From Candidatus Zixiibacteriota bacterium (GTDB lineage: Bacteria; Zixibacteria; MSB-5A5; GN15; FEB-12): 64,000 bases of DNA. The stretch covers positions 12,907-76,906 of the forward strand of contig JAJRXM010000006.1 in NCBI GenBank assembly GCA_024276275.1, read 5' to 3'. The notes beneath the pieces were generated by a model. The model was not told where the DNA came from, made no database searches, and worked only from the letters and a program-made list of their open reading frames with translations. Shown here one piece after another: positions 48,544 through 58,244 of the stretch (positions are counted from its first letter, which is position 1; every line of letters starts with the position of its first letter). The position numbers and the translations under genes are program-made.

Positions 48544-51294
48544 TTATTTTCGTAATTTATCGTATAAACTTTCTATCGAGTTTTTTAGAACAGACTGTTT
48601 ATCAATTTTAAGTTGAGGGTTATCAACTGTACCTGACACAGACCAAGACATGGAGGGAACGCTTAAGAGTCCCATCTTACTTTTAAGCTTCTTTGAAAAT
48701 ATTGTTTTTATATCGTAAGAAACAGTATTGTTAAAATTATAATAACCGTCAATCTCCAAATCACCAATACTTCCAAGCTGTGTCTTAAGTTTGTCAAATG
48801 ATACGGTTCCATCCTTTACAATTATATTAGTAAAGAAATTTTGTATAGTCTGTTCTTTTTGTAAAGTTGAATCAAATGCTTTAAACAATTCATTTGCTTT
48901 TGTGTAAAATGCTCCTGACAGGGATATCTTACCCTGACGTAAACTTGAAGTTGAATTCATAGTCAAAGACTGCAAAAATTGTTTCGGCTCCCAACCATTG
49001 GCAGAATACGTACCGTTCATGTCGACTTTGCCATAGACAATATCATGAAGTTTCGAAAAACGGTTAGCAAAATCGTTTACCTCTATTTGTATTGCATTAA
49101 AAGTTCCGACATACTGAGGATTATCAAAATCGGTAAGGTCTATGGTTGTATTACCCTCAATTTTACCTGAATACACATTACCGTTTACATCGTAGCATTC
49201 TATTTTTTTATCTTCTATAGTTACTTTACCGACTAATGATGTTAATTCCAGTTCCGCATAAATCAAAGTGTCTATTTCGAAAGTTCCTCTGCCGTCAATG
49301 TCAGGTAATATAATCGTGGAGATTGAATCAACCGATGCTGTCATGTTTTCATCTGCTACACCGAGAACAGCTTCGGGAAATAATTTGTCCGCATCAAAAC
49401 GATTTGACTTAAAGCTGAAAACAAACAATGGTTTTTTAGAACTATTTCTATTAATATTTTTTAGTGGCAAAAGATATGGGAAAGGATTTATCAGCTTGCC
49501 CTGAAAAAACGCATCACTTGTTTCAAACTCGGTCTTAAGATTTTCTACAATAATAGTGTCAGGTAAAATTGTTAGTTCCGCATCAAACTTTTCTATTTTT
49601 TCGGGAAGCAAAGCATCTGAATATGAACCATTCGTTATTCTGACTTTTCCGAACGGTTTAAATAGAGATAGGTTATTAATCGATCCTGATAATTGCAAGT
49701 CTACTCTTAAATTCCCGTTTAAATCAGGCTTCCCTTTTGGAGGAAGAATTGTATTTAACAAAGACAGCTGCATTTCACCTAACAGGGTAGCATCAATTGT
49801 CGGATTAATTTTCTTATTTGAAATAGAATCAGCTAGAAAGTACTGCATCAAAGATGTAATCCTTCCATCCAAAGAAAAAGACCCTGACTGCATAGAAGCT
49901 GTTAATTTTTTAATCGAAATAATTTCATTATCAAAATAGATATCCAACATCAATGAATCTATCGGTTCCGGTATAAATGTAGAGTTATAAAAAATATTAT
50001 CTGAACGCAGTTTACCATTAAATTTTAAATCATTTATACTATTTATATTCCCGGATGTTTTTATATCAAAATCAGCACCCCCTGATATTGTATGCTTTTC
50101 GTTCGGTGGAAGAAACGGTTCCAGATATTTTAAATTTAACGTGCCTGCAAAAGCTGAATTTATAAAAGGGCTCTCAAAGTCATCAATAGTAAGATGCCCC
50201 TTAATCGGCTTCCCGTCAAACTCACCTTCTTTTATATTAAACCTGAGATTATCATTTTTTATATCAACCAACGCCTCTTTACAAATCAATTTCCCCGGTA
50301 AATCTTTATGAGCAGCTGAAAAATCCTGCAGGATTAAATTACCGTAGTATAAAAACTGTTTTATAGAATACTCGATATCAAAATTAAAACTTAGGTTACC
50401 CTCTAAAACATAAGTCTCAAGAAAATCCTTTTTATCAGCAGGAATTAATGATGTAAGTTTTTTTATATTAGTCTGCTCGGATTGTATATTTATTTTTGTA
50501 TGCATCTCAGTAAAAACATTTTCAACAGTTCCGGTTATCTGTGTAGGTATTCCATTAATGGAAAAATCCGCATGAGATATTGTAAGCAGGTTTTCTAATG
50601 TGTTAAACTTCGATTGATATTTTAGGACAAGATTTATATCAGGTAGATTTTTATTATCATTTATTGATATTGAATTAATCGACAAATCACCGTTAGATAT
50701 ATATTCATTTGCAAAGGGATGTGTCAGAGTTGATTGCAAATCAAGACCTGTTACTGATATAGTTAATTTAGTACTATCATCAATATACCCCAAAGTCCCA
50801 TTCTGAATTTCAATATTTTCAAATGTAACAATCGCTGCAACCGCCTTGGTCTCCGGACTTACTTTTTCCGTTATATTTTGAGGAACATCTTTTTCAAGTC
50901 GTTTGAAAGTAAAGTTATTATTACCACTTTTCTGTTTATATAAATTTATTTTCGGTTCTTTTAAAATCAGTCGGTCAATAGCAACATCGCCTGAAATCAA
51001 TGGCCAAAACTGCAGTTTCACATCAAGAGATTTTGCTGTCAAGAAATTTTCATTTGAAAAACCGTTTTGATTTTTAATCACGATATTATCAAGTTGAATA
51101 CCTATCCCGCCCCAAAATGAAACCGAGGCTGTTTCAATTTCAATTTCCCGCTCTAGTAGTTCCGTCCCTTTTTCTATCGCAATCTGTTTTGCCTTTTCAA
51201 CCGGGAAAAAGAGCCATAGAGAAACTCCTACTAAAATTAAAAGAGCAAATGATATTAACAATGTCCATTTACAAATTTTGCCGACTGTAGTCAT
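48544..51294 (-). CDS. AsmA family protein
   Basis: N-terminal TM anchor, LDVKLQFWPLISG, long beta-rich body, C-terminal GTVDNPQ. Confidence 0.85.
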   Translation of the reverse strand: MTTVGKICKWTLLISFALLILVGVSLWLFFPVEKAKQIAIEKGTELLEREIEIETASVSFWGGIGIQLDNIVIKNQNGFSNENFLTAKSLDVKLQFWPLISGDVAIDRLILKEPKINLYKQKSGNNNFTFKRLEKDVPQNITEKVSPETKAVAAIVTFENIEIQNGTLGYIDDSTKLTISVTGLDLQSTLTHPFANEYISNGDLSINSISINDNKNLPDINLVLKYQSKFNTLENLLTISHADFSINGIPTQITGTVENVFTEMHTKINIQSEQTNIKKLTSLIPADKKDFLETYVLEGNLSFNFDIEYSIKQFLYYGNLILQDFSAAHKDLPGKLICKEALVDIKNDNLRFNIKEGEFDGKPIKGHLTIDDFESPFINSAFAGTLNLKYLEPFLPPNEKHTISGGADFDIKTSGNINSINDLKFNGKLRSDNIFYNSTFIPEPIDSLMLDIYFDNEIISIKKLTASMQSGSFSLDGRITSLMQYFLADSISNKKINPTIDATLLGEMQLSLLNTILPPKGKPDLNGNLRVDLQLSGSINNLSLFKPFGKVRITNGSYSDALLPEKIEKFDAELTILPDTIIVENLKTEFETSDAFFQGKLINPFPYLLPLKNINRNSSKKPLFVFSFKSNRFDADKLFPEAVLGVADENMTASVDSISTIILPDIDGRGTFEIDTLIYAELELTSLVGKVTIEDKKIECYDVNGNVYSGKIEGNTTIDLTDFDNPQYVGTFNAIQIEVNDFANRFSKLHDIVYGKVDMNGTYSANGWEPKQFLQSLTMNSTSSLRQGKISLSGAFYTKANELFKAFDSTLQKEQTIQNFFTNIIVKDGTVSFDKLKTQLGSIGDLEIDGYYNFNNTVSYDIKTIFSKKLKSKMGLLSVPSMSWSVSGTVDNPQLKIDKQSVLKNSIESLYDKLRK

Positions 51295-51317
51295 ATTTGT
51301 TTTTGTACCCGCAAAAT

Positions 51318-51995
51318 TTATAATGTTAATGACTTACCGGGGTCCAACATAACAACGTCAGAGCCGGTGACTTTTTCGGCAAATTTATTTGGATCGCACT
51401 CTATAATTTCCCAGGTGTCATAGTGAAACGGTACAACTTTTTTCGCCTGTAAAAACTCCGCAGCTTTGACGGCATCATCAATTCCCATTGTAAAATTGTC
51501 TCCAATCGGAAGAAACGCTAAATCTATGTTATTCATTTCTCCGATTAGTTTCATATCATAAAACAGACCGGTATCTCCCGGATGATAAATTGTCTTCCCT
51601 CCGATTGTAATTAAGAATCCTACCGGAGGACCGGTGTATCGTGAGGCATCTTCCCCGTATCCGCCGCCGTGATGGGCTATTGTCAGCTTGACTCTCCCAA
51701 AGGGAAAATTGAACGCTCCACCGACGTGCATCGGATGAATCTCGCATCCTTCGCTTGCACAAAGATGCGTCAGTTCAAATGTACCGATTATCGGGGCTTT
51801 GTTTTGTTTGGATAAAAAGATCGCATCGCCGATATGATCACCGTGGCCATGTGTTACCAAAATATGGGTAGCATCGATATTGGCAACATCGGCCGTTGCT
51901 TGCGGGTTAACGCTTAGAAATGGGTCGATGATAACCGAATGGTCACCATCTTTTATGGTCACACAGGAATGACCGAGAAATGTTACTTCAGGCAT
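51318..51995 (-). CDS. Metal-dependent hydrolase (UPF0173/YtkL-like, MBL fold)
   Basis: FLGHS, IDPF, THGHGDH, YHPGDT, LPIGDNFTMG, PFHY. Confidence 0.9.
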   Translation of the reverse strand: MPEVTFLGHSCVTIKDGDHSVIIDPFLSVNPQATADVANIDATHILVTHGHGDHIGDAIFLSKQNKAPIIGTFELTHLCASEGCEIHPMHVGGAFNFPFGRVKLTIAHHGGGYGEDASRYTGPPVGFLITIGGKTIYHPGDTGLFYDMKLIGEMNNIDLAFLPIGDNFTMGIDDAVKAAEFLQAKKVVPFHYDTWEIIECDPNKFAEKVTGSDVVMLDPGKSLTL

Positions 51996-52114
51996 AATTT
52001 ACTCCTCATAATTTTATTAAACCCCTAAAGGGTATTCTATTTTATGAGGATAATATTAGGAAATTAGAGTCTGAAATCAAATAAAACTTCAACTGCTATT
52101 AGGAGAATCGACTT

Positions 52115-53242
52115 TTATTTTTCCATAAGAAATAGATATTCTTTATATTTGCCGTCGCTGTTTATCCAGTCATTTGTCCAACGCATATTTGCCATGACGT
52201 TTTTTTTGTAATCAATTTCTACAACCTTGAGTAATTTTCCGGATTCGCTGATAATATCGCTCAATTCCTGCTTGGTTGCTCTTCCCCCTGAACTGTAAGA
52301 CAATAAAATATAGTGAGCTTTTGTCTTTTTGATAAGTTTCCGCAAGGCATTCATAGCCATAAATTTGCCGTCAGCATCTTTTCTGAATTCCTCAAAAACA
52401 GATGCCGCCACCAAATCTCTACTGTCTTCCCGTCTGTTAACTTTTCCAAAAACATCAGGTTTATCATGTTGTATAATTGTTGTCCAGATATGATAATAAG
52501 ATGCGTACCGTACACGACTCGGAGGCATTTTTTCATTGTTGGAACCGTAGGGAGGATCAAAATAGACAAAATCAAATTCACTTTTTGCAACAGTATCAAA
52601 AATATCACCTCGTATAATTTTATGTTTGCCTTTATGCACAAAACGCTTCGGCAGTTTGAGATATAAATCTTTATGAGAACGAGGTGACCATTTTGCTAAA
52701 TATGAAACATAATGCCCCAGTGTACTATCGACCGAATCAAGAGCATATATCAAACTTGTAAGAATCAGACATTTATCAACCCACTGCAATCCAAGTTTTT
52801 CTATTTCCTCTCTGATAGAATCTAACTTACGAGTGTTTTTTGCTTGAAACGGTTGTTTTGTTCCTTGCAATTCGGCTCCGTAGTGAGCAGTATACCAACC
52901 GTCATAACTTTTTAAATTATTAAGATGATCTAATATCTCTTGGTAGTATCTGTCTTTTCTTTTTGATTTTAGATAGCAGGTTGCAAATACTTCTGACCAG
53001 ACAGCAATATCGCTTGAGGTTATGTTATATCCTAATTGGGCAAATGATTGGGAGACTCTTGTAGAACCGCTGAAGCCGTCTAAAATATTTTTGACATCGT
53101 CTAATTCACTCAAGATTTTAATTATATATGGTAATATCTTGAGTTTAGAGCCGGCATATTTAATTCCCTCAGTTTTTGGGGTCAGCAGAGGTTCATTAAG
53201 AATAACAGGTTGTTTTGTTATCATATTGTTATTCGTATGCAT
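52115..53242 (-). CDS. DNA adenine methyltransferase (alpha/D12 class), apparently orphan
   Basis: IKYAGSK, LDGFSGS (motif I) N-terminal, FDPPY (motif IV) C-terminal, LLSYS. Start could be 53224. Confidence 0.88.
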   Translation of the reverse strand: MHTNNNMITKQPVILNEPLLTPKTEGIKYAGSKLKILPYIIKILSELDDVKNILDGFSGSTRVSQSFAQLGYNITSSDIAVWSEVFATCYLKSKRKDRYYQEILDHLNNLKSYDGWYTAHYGAELQGTKQPFQAKNTRKLDSIREEIEKLGLQWVDKCLILTSLIYALDSVDSTLGHYVSYLAKWSPRSHKDLYLKLPKRFVHKGKHKIIRGDIFDTVAKSEFDFVYFDPPYGSNNEKMPPSRVRYASYYHIWTTIIQHDKPDVFGKVNRREDSRDLVAASVFEEFRKDADGKFMAMNALRKLIKKTKAHYILLSYSSGGRATKQELSDIISESGKLLKVVEIDYKKNVMANMRWTNDWINSDGKYKEYLFLMEK

Positions 53243-53314
53243 TTTTGTATATATACATTATTTCAACCTGTTAAATAATAGTTTGCTATACATTCACATT
53301 AGCTTAGGAATACA

Positions 53315-53848
53315 CTATCTTTTATCATAATTAATCTGTTTGATATCGCCCAAATCAGTCGGTTTAACTTTCAAAGCGATTTCTATATCGTAAAGCACTT
53401 TATCAGATGGGTTAAATAGAGCTATCAGTTTGTCGGTGATATCAACTTTTTCGACAACAATCCCTGAACCGACAAAATCGGGATACCATCCAATCACATC
53501 AACCTCGGCTTCCTCTGCTACTTCGCTAAGCCTATCTTTTACAAAGGCCAGAAGGTCGTCTACCGGCACTCGACAAAACCCCTGAAATTGTAGCTGTCTT
53601 TGAAATTTCGGACCCCATAGCTCTAATTCTTTGATACGTGCCGAATCTCCTGCTTCTTTGGCTGCCTTGAATTCAACTTGTTTCTGCATAAGAGGATTAT
53701 ATTCAGACCCAAAATAAGCTAATGCGATCGCACGGTTATCATACACGCCTATACGTATTTTCTTTGTTGTTTCTTGTGCCTTGATAGCTGGTATCATAGC
53801 AAAGAGCATCATGCAAACAATAGCAGTAGTAATAATTTTTTGTTTCAT
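53315..53848 (-). CDS. Secreted hypothetical protein, possibly a divergent Skp/OmpH-like chaperone
   Basis: Signal peptide; RIGVYD...short coiled coil...EVAEEAEVDVI...DITDKLI resembles the Skp layout. Confidence 0.5.
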   Translation of the reverse strand: MKQKIITTAIVCMMLFAMIPAIKAQETTKKIRIGVYDNRAIALAYFGSEYNPLMQKQVEFKAAKEAGDSARIKELELWGPKFQRQLQFQGFCRVPVDDLLAFVKDRLSEVAEEAEVDVIGWYPDFVGSGIVVEKVDITDKLIALFNPSDKVLYDIEIALKVKPTDLGDIKQINYDKR

Positions 53849-54271
53849 AATTTTATTCCTTATTTTTTTTAAGTATTGTTGTCATACAAGTATCTATATT
53901 ATATGGATGAAAAGAAAAATCAATTAAAATATAGAGTATCCGTCTATCTTAATTGATGATTGGCTTTCAGCTTTTAAAATGGGTTCAGTCACATATAAAG
54001 GGAACCTAAAACTGCCATTTTTCATAAGATTACATAAGTTAAACCGCATTATAGCAGAGAGTTATAACGAAATGGCTTTGTCCGAAAAAATGGCTTTAAG
54101 CCATTTTTAGTAATATTTATTGTAGTGATTTTGTGCATAGTAAAACTCTTTTGTTTTCGGTTCTTCACTCATGAAGTGATATGTTAATTAACATTGATAG
54201 ACTATAGTTTTTGCAGGAGAAAAAGTTAGGCTTATCAAATTTTATATATTATAAACGTCGACTTCCATTCT

Positions 54272-54415
54272 GCTACTTGGTTCAGGCAGGCCTGACCCCT
54301 ACAAAAGAAGAACAACTTCGACAGGTTCCGACATGTCAATCCGCACTTAATACGGAGTCTAACATTATTGTTTTAAAATCTTTTGAACTCCTCTGCGTGC
54401 TTGACACGGAGTCTA
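54272..54415. repeat. 144-bp REP-like mosaic, copy 1 of a direct repeat
   Basis: Ungapped match to 56290-56433 with 8 mismatches by manual count. Confidence 0.95.
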
Positions 54416-54525
54416 GTGCAGAAACAAGTTAAACAAATTTATTCTAGGTCAGAAAAAAACGAAAAAACAGATATATGTTTCTGTACTGGATCCCAAATCA
54501 AGTTTGGGAAGGAGTTCAAAAGATT
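54377..54525. repeat. REPIN-like inverted doublet of CTTGA-loop palindromes
   Basis: Outer arms AATCTTTTGAACTCC/GGAGTTCAAAAGATT and inner arms AGTGCAGAAACA/TGTTTCTGTACT enclose two inverted hairpins. Confidence 0.8.
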
Positions 54526-54578
54526 ATTTCGTTTAGGTTCCCCTGTAACAAGTTTCTACATCTCATTCCAGACTCCCC

Positions 54579-56141
54579 CTACTTCAACAACATCATTTTC
54601 TTTGATACAGATATTAAATCAGATTCTAACTTATACAAATAAACTCCCGAGGCAACTTCTTGTCCACCCTCGTTCTTACCATCCCATTCTACTCTATAAC
54701 TACCTACAGATAGTTCTTTGTTTAGCAGTGTCCGTATCTTTTGTCCAAGAGTATTATAAATAGAAAGAGATACTCGGTCTCGTTTTGGTATCTGAAACTC
54801 TATCGTTGTTGATGGATTAAACGGGTTTGGGTAATTTTGGCTTAAATCAAAATTGTCCGGTAAGTTAGGTTCATATTCATACGCAACATCTGTCGGATTA
54901 GAATTCCAACCGGCAAAAATATACACTTCTCCCTCTAAGGCAGGTCTCGCATGTACAGCAATATCATCTATTACGTCACCGTTAAAATCACCTATACCAC
55001 TAACTTCACTACCCATTTCACTATTGTTTCCGGGGACATCTAAACTTGTAATATGTATATCTGCCAATGAATCTCCGTTTGGTCCTCCAAGGTAGATAAA
55101 AAACTCATTAACCGATTGAGAAATAATTGTATAACCTACAATTATATCGGAGTAGCCGTCATTGTTTATATCTCCGGCATCATCACAAATAAGACTTCCA
55201 AAATATACATTATTTGCCAGTCGATTTATAGGAATATCTATTATTGAATCAAATAATGGTCCACCAAAATATAAACCATGCCTTTGCTCAGCACCATTAA
55301 TTATAATAAAATCTGAATAACCGTCACCGTTAAAATCTTTAACAGGTACTATCTGAGCCCCGAATTGTGGTACTGTACTCTTTATTATAAAATCTGGAAT
55401 AGTATCAAAATCAAGACCACCAAAATAAAATTTTACAAAGGGGGTGTCAATATTACTATATGATGCAACAGCAAAATCATCAAACCCGTCACCGTTAAAA
55501 TCACTCACTGACAGATTTTGACCAAAATTTGTAGCAGTATCAGGTATTACATATTCAGGTATTGTATCCCGAAGTGAATCAATACGATAAATGTTTACAA
55601 AATCACCATTAATAGAACGGCTAATAGGCAATTCCAAAATCCCGTCACCGTTAAAATCACCGGCTCTCGTAGATTGTGATAACATATTTTCAAAGGTTAA
55701 ATCAGAACTGTCAGAAAAGTTAGAACCACCGAAATATAATTCAAATTGTGGAATGGGTGCCGTCAAACCGCTAAAGTCATCAACTCCATCATTATTTATA
55801 TCGCCTATATTACCAAACAAAGTTGTAAAACGGGGGAATTGTTTATCGGGAATAGAGTCCGGTATTACACCACCATAAAAAAGATACCCGTACCAGTCAA
55901 TTGCAGAAAATCCGAGCCTTGAACGGATGCAGATAACATCATCTATACCGTCAGAGTTTTGGTCTCCGGCCGGAACAATCTTGATACCTATGTTTGAACT
56001 ATCCACCGGGTCGGTTAAGATTGCAATTCGTTCAAGTGAGTCAATTCCTGCTTCAGGAGTAAAACTCCCCTTAATCCAATCGGCAGATGCTGAAGCAGAA
56101 AAAATAATTACTAAGATGAATGTTTTAATATAAAGTCGCAT
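54579..56141 (-). CDS. Secreted FG-GAP (integrin alpha-like) repeat protein with FlgD-Ig/T9SS-like C-terminal domain
   Basis: Multiple (G)D(F/I)NxDGxxD repeats; tail LSQNYPNPFNPST...WDGKNEGGQEVASGVY...KKMMLLK. Start MRLYIK. Confidence 0.9.
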   Translation of the reverse strand: MRLYIKTFILVIIFSASASADWIKGSFTPEAGIDSLERIAILTDPVDSSNIGIKIVPAGDQNSDGIDDVICIRSRLGFSAIDWYGYLFYGGVIPDSIPDKQFPRFTTLFGNIGDINNDGVDDFSGLTAPIPQFELYFGGSNFSDSSDLTFENMLSQSTRAGDFNGDGILELPISRSINGDFVNIYRIDSLRDTIPEYVIPDTATNFGQNLSVSDFNGDGFDDFAVASYSNIDTPFVKFYFGGLDFDTIPDFIIKSTVPQFGAQIVPVKDFNGDGYSDFIIINGAEQRHGLYFGGPLFDSIIDIPINRLANNVYFGSLICDDAGDINNDGYSDIIVGYTIISQSVNEFFIYLGGPNGDSLADIHITSLDVPGNNSEMGSEVSGIGDFNGDVIDDIAVHARPALEGEVYIFAGWNSNPTDVAYEYEPNLPDNFDLSQNYPNPFNPSTTIEFQIPKRDRVSLSIYNTLGQKIRTLLNKELSVGSYRVEWDGKNEGGQEVASGVYLYKLESDLISVSKKMMLLK

Positions 56142-56239
56142 GGTATGCCTTCCCAATTGTATAACTACCGAAAGATACTATTTTTATTAATAATGAAAAG
56201 GATATTTTTTGCAGGGAACAGATTCTTCTGTTTCGTTAA

Positions 56240-56306
56240 GACAGGGCAATGCCCTGTCGCTACTTGGTTCAGGCAGGCAATGCCCTGTCGCTACTTGGTT
56301 CAGGCA
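56240..56306. repeat. GTAG-type REP palindrome and 31-bp tandem duplication
   Basis: GACAGGGCA-A-TGCCCTGTC followed by GCTAC (minus strand GTAGC...); 56245-56275 is identical to 56276-56306. Confidence 0.9.
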
Positions 56307-56433
56307 GGCCTGAACCCTACAAAAGAAGAACAACTTCGACAGGTTCCAACATGTCAATCCACACTTAATACGGAATCTAACATTGTTGTTTTAAAATCTT
56401 TTGAACTACTCTCCGTGCTTGACACGGAGCCTA
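56290..56433. repeat. 144-bp REP-like mosaic, copy 2 of a direct repeat
   Basis: Matches 54272-54415; contains GGTTCAGGC..GCCTGAACC-CTAC and CTCCGTG-CTTGA-CACGGAG. Confidence 0.95.
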
Positions 56434-56439
56434 ATTAAA

Positions 56440-56487
56440 GTAGGTCAGGGTTCCGATTCTAAATAATATAATTGTGAGAAACCTGAC
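56440..56487 (+). repeat. Additional GTAG-type REP-like element
   Basis: GTAG-GTCAGG...AT-rich loop...CCTGAC. Confidence 0.55.
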
Positions 56488-56500
56488 AAAATCATGCAAT

Positions 56501-56532
56501 AAAAAAAGCAGTATCACAAAGGATACTGCCTT
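56501..56532 (-). terminator. Intrinsic terminator after rny
   Basis: Minus strand GCAGTATC-CTTTGT-GATACTGC-TTTTTTT. Confidence 0.8.
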
Positions 56533-56578
56533 ATAAGTTTATTATCTCACCAATCTAGTCGAATATAGTGAACAGATA

Positions 56579-58144
56579 TTACTTGGCGTATTCGGTAGCT
56601 CTTGCCTCGCGAATAACCGTTACTTTAATCTGCCCCGGGTACTGCATCTCTTTTTCAATCTTGTCGGCAATGTCTGCTGCCAAAATTGAAGAACCGAGAT
56701 CGTCGAGAGTTTCATTTTCTACAATAACCCGAACTTCACGTCCCGCTTGAATAGCATACGCTTTGTTTACACCTTTAAACGAATCAGCTAATTCTTCAAG
56801 TTGCTGCAGACGTTTGACGTACGCTTCCAGAGGTTCACGTCTGGCACCTGGTCTGGCACCTGAAATAGCATCGGCTGCCTGTACCAAGACAGGATAAGCA
56901 GAAAGCATCGGTACATCATTGTGATGAGACTCGACAGCATTCACAACTTCCTCGGCTTCTTTATATCTTTTAATAAAGTCAGTACCGATTTGAGTATGAG
57001 TACCTTCTGTTTCACGATCTATTGCTTTTCCGATATCATGAAGGAGTCCGCATCGTTTAGCAAGCACCGGGTCGAGTTCAAGTTCGGCTGCCATAAGTCC
57101 ACATAGCATAGCGACCTCTTTTGAGTGAGCCAAAATATTTTGTCCATAGGAAGTTCTAAAATGTAGTTTTCCTAATTGGGCAACAATGTCAGAATGCAGG
57201 TTATGTATGCCGAGTTCAAAACAAGCTTGTTCGCCTGCTTCCCGAACAATCACTTCCATTTCAAGTTGAGATTTTTCGACCACTTCCTCAATACGGGTCG
57301 GGTGAATACGACCGTCGGAGATAAGTTTTTCCAATGACATACGGGCTATCTCACGCCGAACGGGGTCATAGCCTGAGAGAATAACAGCCTCGGGGGTATC
57401 ATCAACAATTACATCAACACCTGTCGCAGTTTCAAAGGAACGGATATTTCGACCTTCACGACCGATAATACGACCTTTCATTTCATCTGACGGCAGATTT
57501 ACTACCGACACCGTTGTTTCAACTGTATGGTCAGCGGCGCAACGATAAATTGAAGAAAGGATAATTTCTTTTACTTCTTTATCGGCATCTTTTTCCGCTT
57601 TATCTTTGATATCTTTAATATGTGCGGCAGCTTCCATTTTGGCATTGTTAATCATGTTATCCATCAGTTGCTTTTTAGCTTCTTCAGGAGTCATTTGTGC
57701 TATTTTTTGGAGCTGGTCATTTTGAGATGTAATTATTTTTTCAAGTTCGGTTTCCCGAATACTAATACCTTTTTCTCTTGTAGTTATATTATTTTCACGA
57801 TTTGAAAGATCTTTTTGACGAAGTTCAAGAAATTCCAGTTTTTTCTGCAAGTCAGTCTGCAGGTCTTTTTGTTTCTTGTCGATTTCATCTTGCTCTTTGC
57901 GGACTTTGTTAAAATGGTTATCATTTTCCCGCTTTTGTTTGAGCGCTTCTTCTTTCGCTTCTAAAATAGCTTCTTTTTTGGCTATCTTTGCTTCGCTAAC
58001 AGCTTCAGCTCTAATAGATTTAGCTTCGCTTTTCGCTTGTTCGATAACAGAACTGCTTGATTTTTTTCCTAAGTATGCAAATAGGAAAAAAGAAATTAAT
58101 CCTGATGCAATTGCGATACCTACGAAAACAGCAATATCATTCAT
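56579..58144 (-). CDS. rny: Ribonuclease Y
   Basis: N-terminal TM, coiled coil, KH (GRIIGREGRNIR), HD (LLHDIGK), SGARPGAR. Confidence 0.98.
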   Translation of the reverse strand: MNDIAVFVGIAIASGLISFFLFAYLGKKSSSSVIEQAKSEAKSIRAEAVSEAKIAKKEAILEAKEEALKQKRENDNHFNKVRKEQDEIDKKQKDLQTDLQKKLEFLELRQKDLSNRENNITTREKGISIRETELEKIITSQNDQLQKIAQMTPEEAKKQLMDNMINNAKMEAAAHIKDIKDKAEKDADKEVKEIILSSIYRCAADHTVETTVSVVNLPSDEMKGRIIGREGRNIRSFETATGVDVIVDDTPEAVILSGYDPVRREIARMSLEKLISDGRIHPTRIEEVVEKSQLEMEVIVREAGEQACFELGIHNLHSDIVAQLGKLHFRTSYGQNILAHSKEVAMLCGLMAAELELDPVLAKRCGLLHDIGKAIDRETEGTHTQIGTDFIKRYKEAEEVVNAVESHHNDVPMLSAYPVLVQAADAISGARPGARREPLEAYVKRLQQLEELADSFKGVNKAYAIQAGREVRVIVENETLDDLGSSILAADIADKIEKEMQYPGQIKVTVIREARATEYAK

Positions 58145-58244
58145 TAAAATCCTCCGATCCGAATAACCGGACTTTCATCTATATTAAAGTTATGGATGAG
58201 ATAAACGTGATTGAATTAGTGTGGTATGTTCAGAGACTGAGAGA

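Noticed and set aside
54970-55660. Recurrent GTCACCGTTAAAATC motif resembling a CRISPR repeat
   Set aside because: Irregular spacing; it encodes the DFNGD of FG-GAP repeats within a CDS; no cas genes.
54272-56433. Repeat pair as the template/variable repeats of a diversity-generating retroelement
   Set aside because: Both copies are intergenic, mismatches are not adenine-specific, and no reverse transcriptase is present in the window.
54211-56438. ORFs 54211-54432, 54383-54763 and 56145-56438 as duplicated small proteins
   Set aside because: Their similarity comes from the palindromic DNA repeat; no RBS or recognisable protein features.
58145-58244. 6S RNA (ssrS), often found between zapA and rny
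   Set aside because: The gap is only 100 bp, with no long irregular hairpin or central bubble; too short for a ~180-nt 6S RNA.
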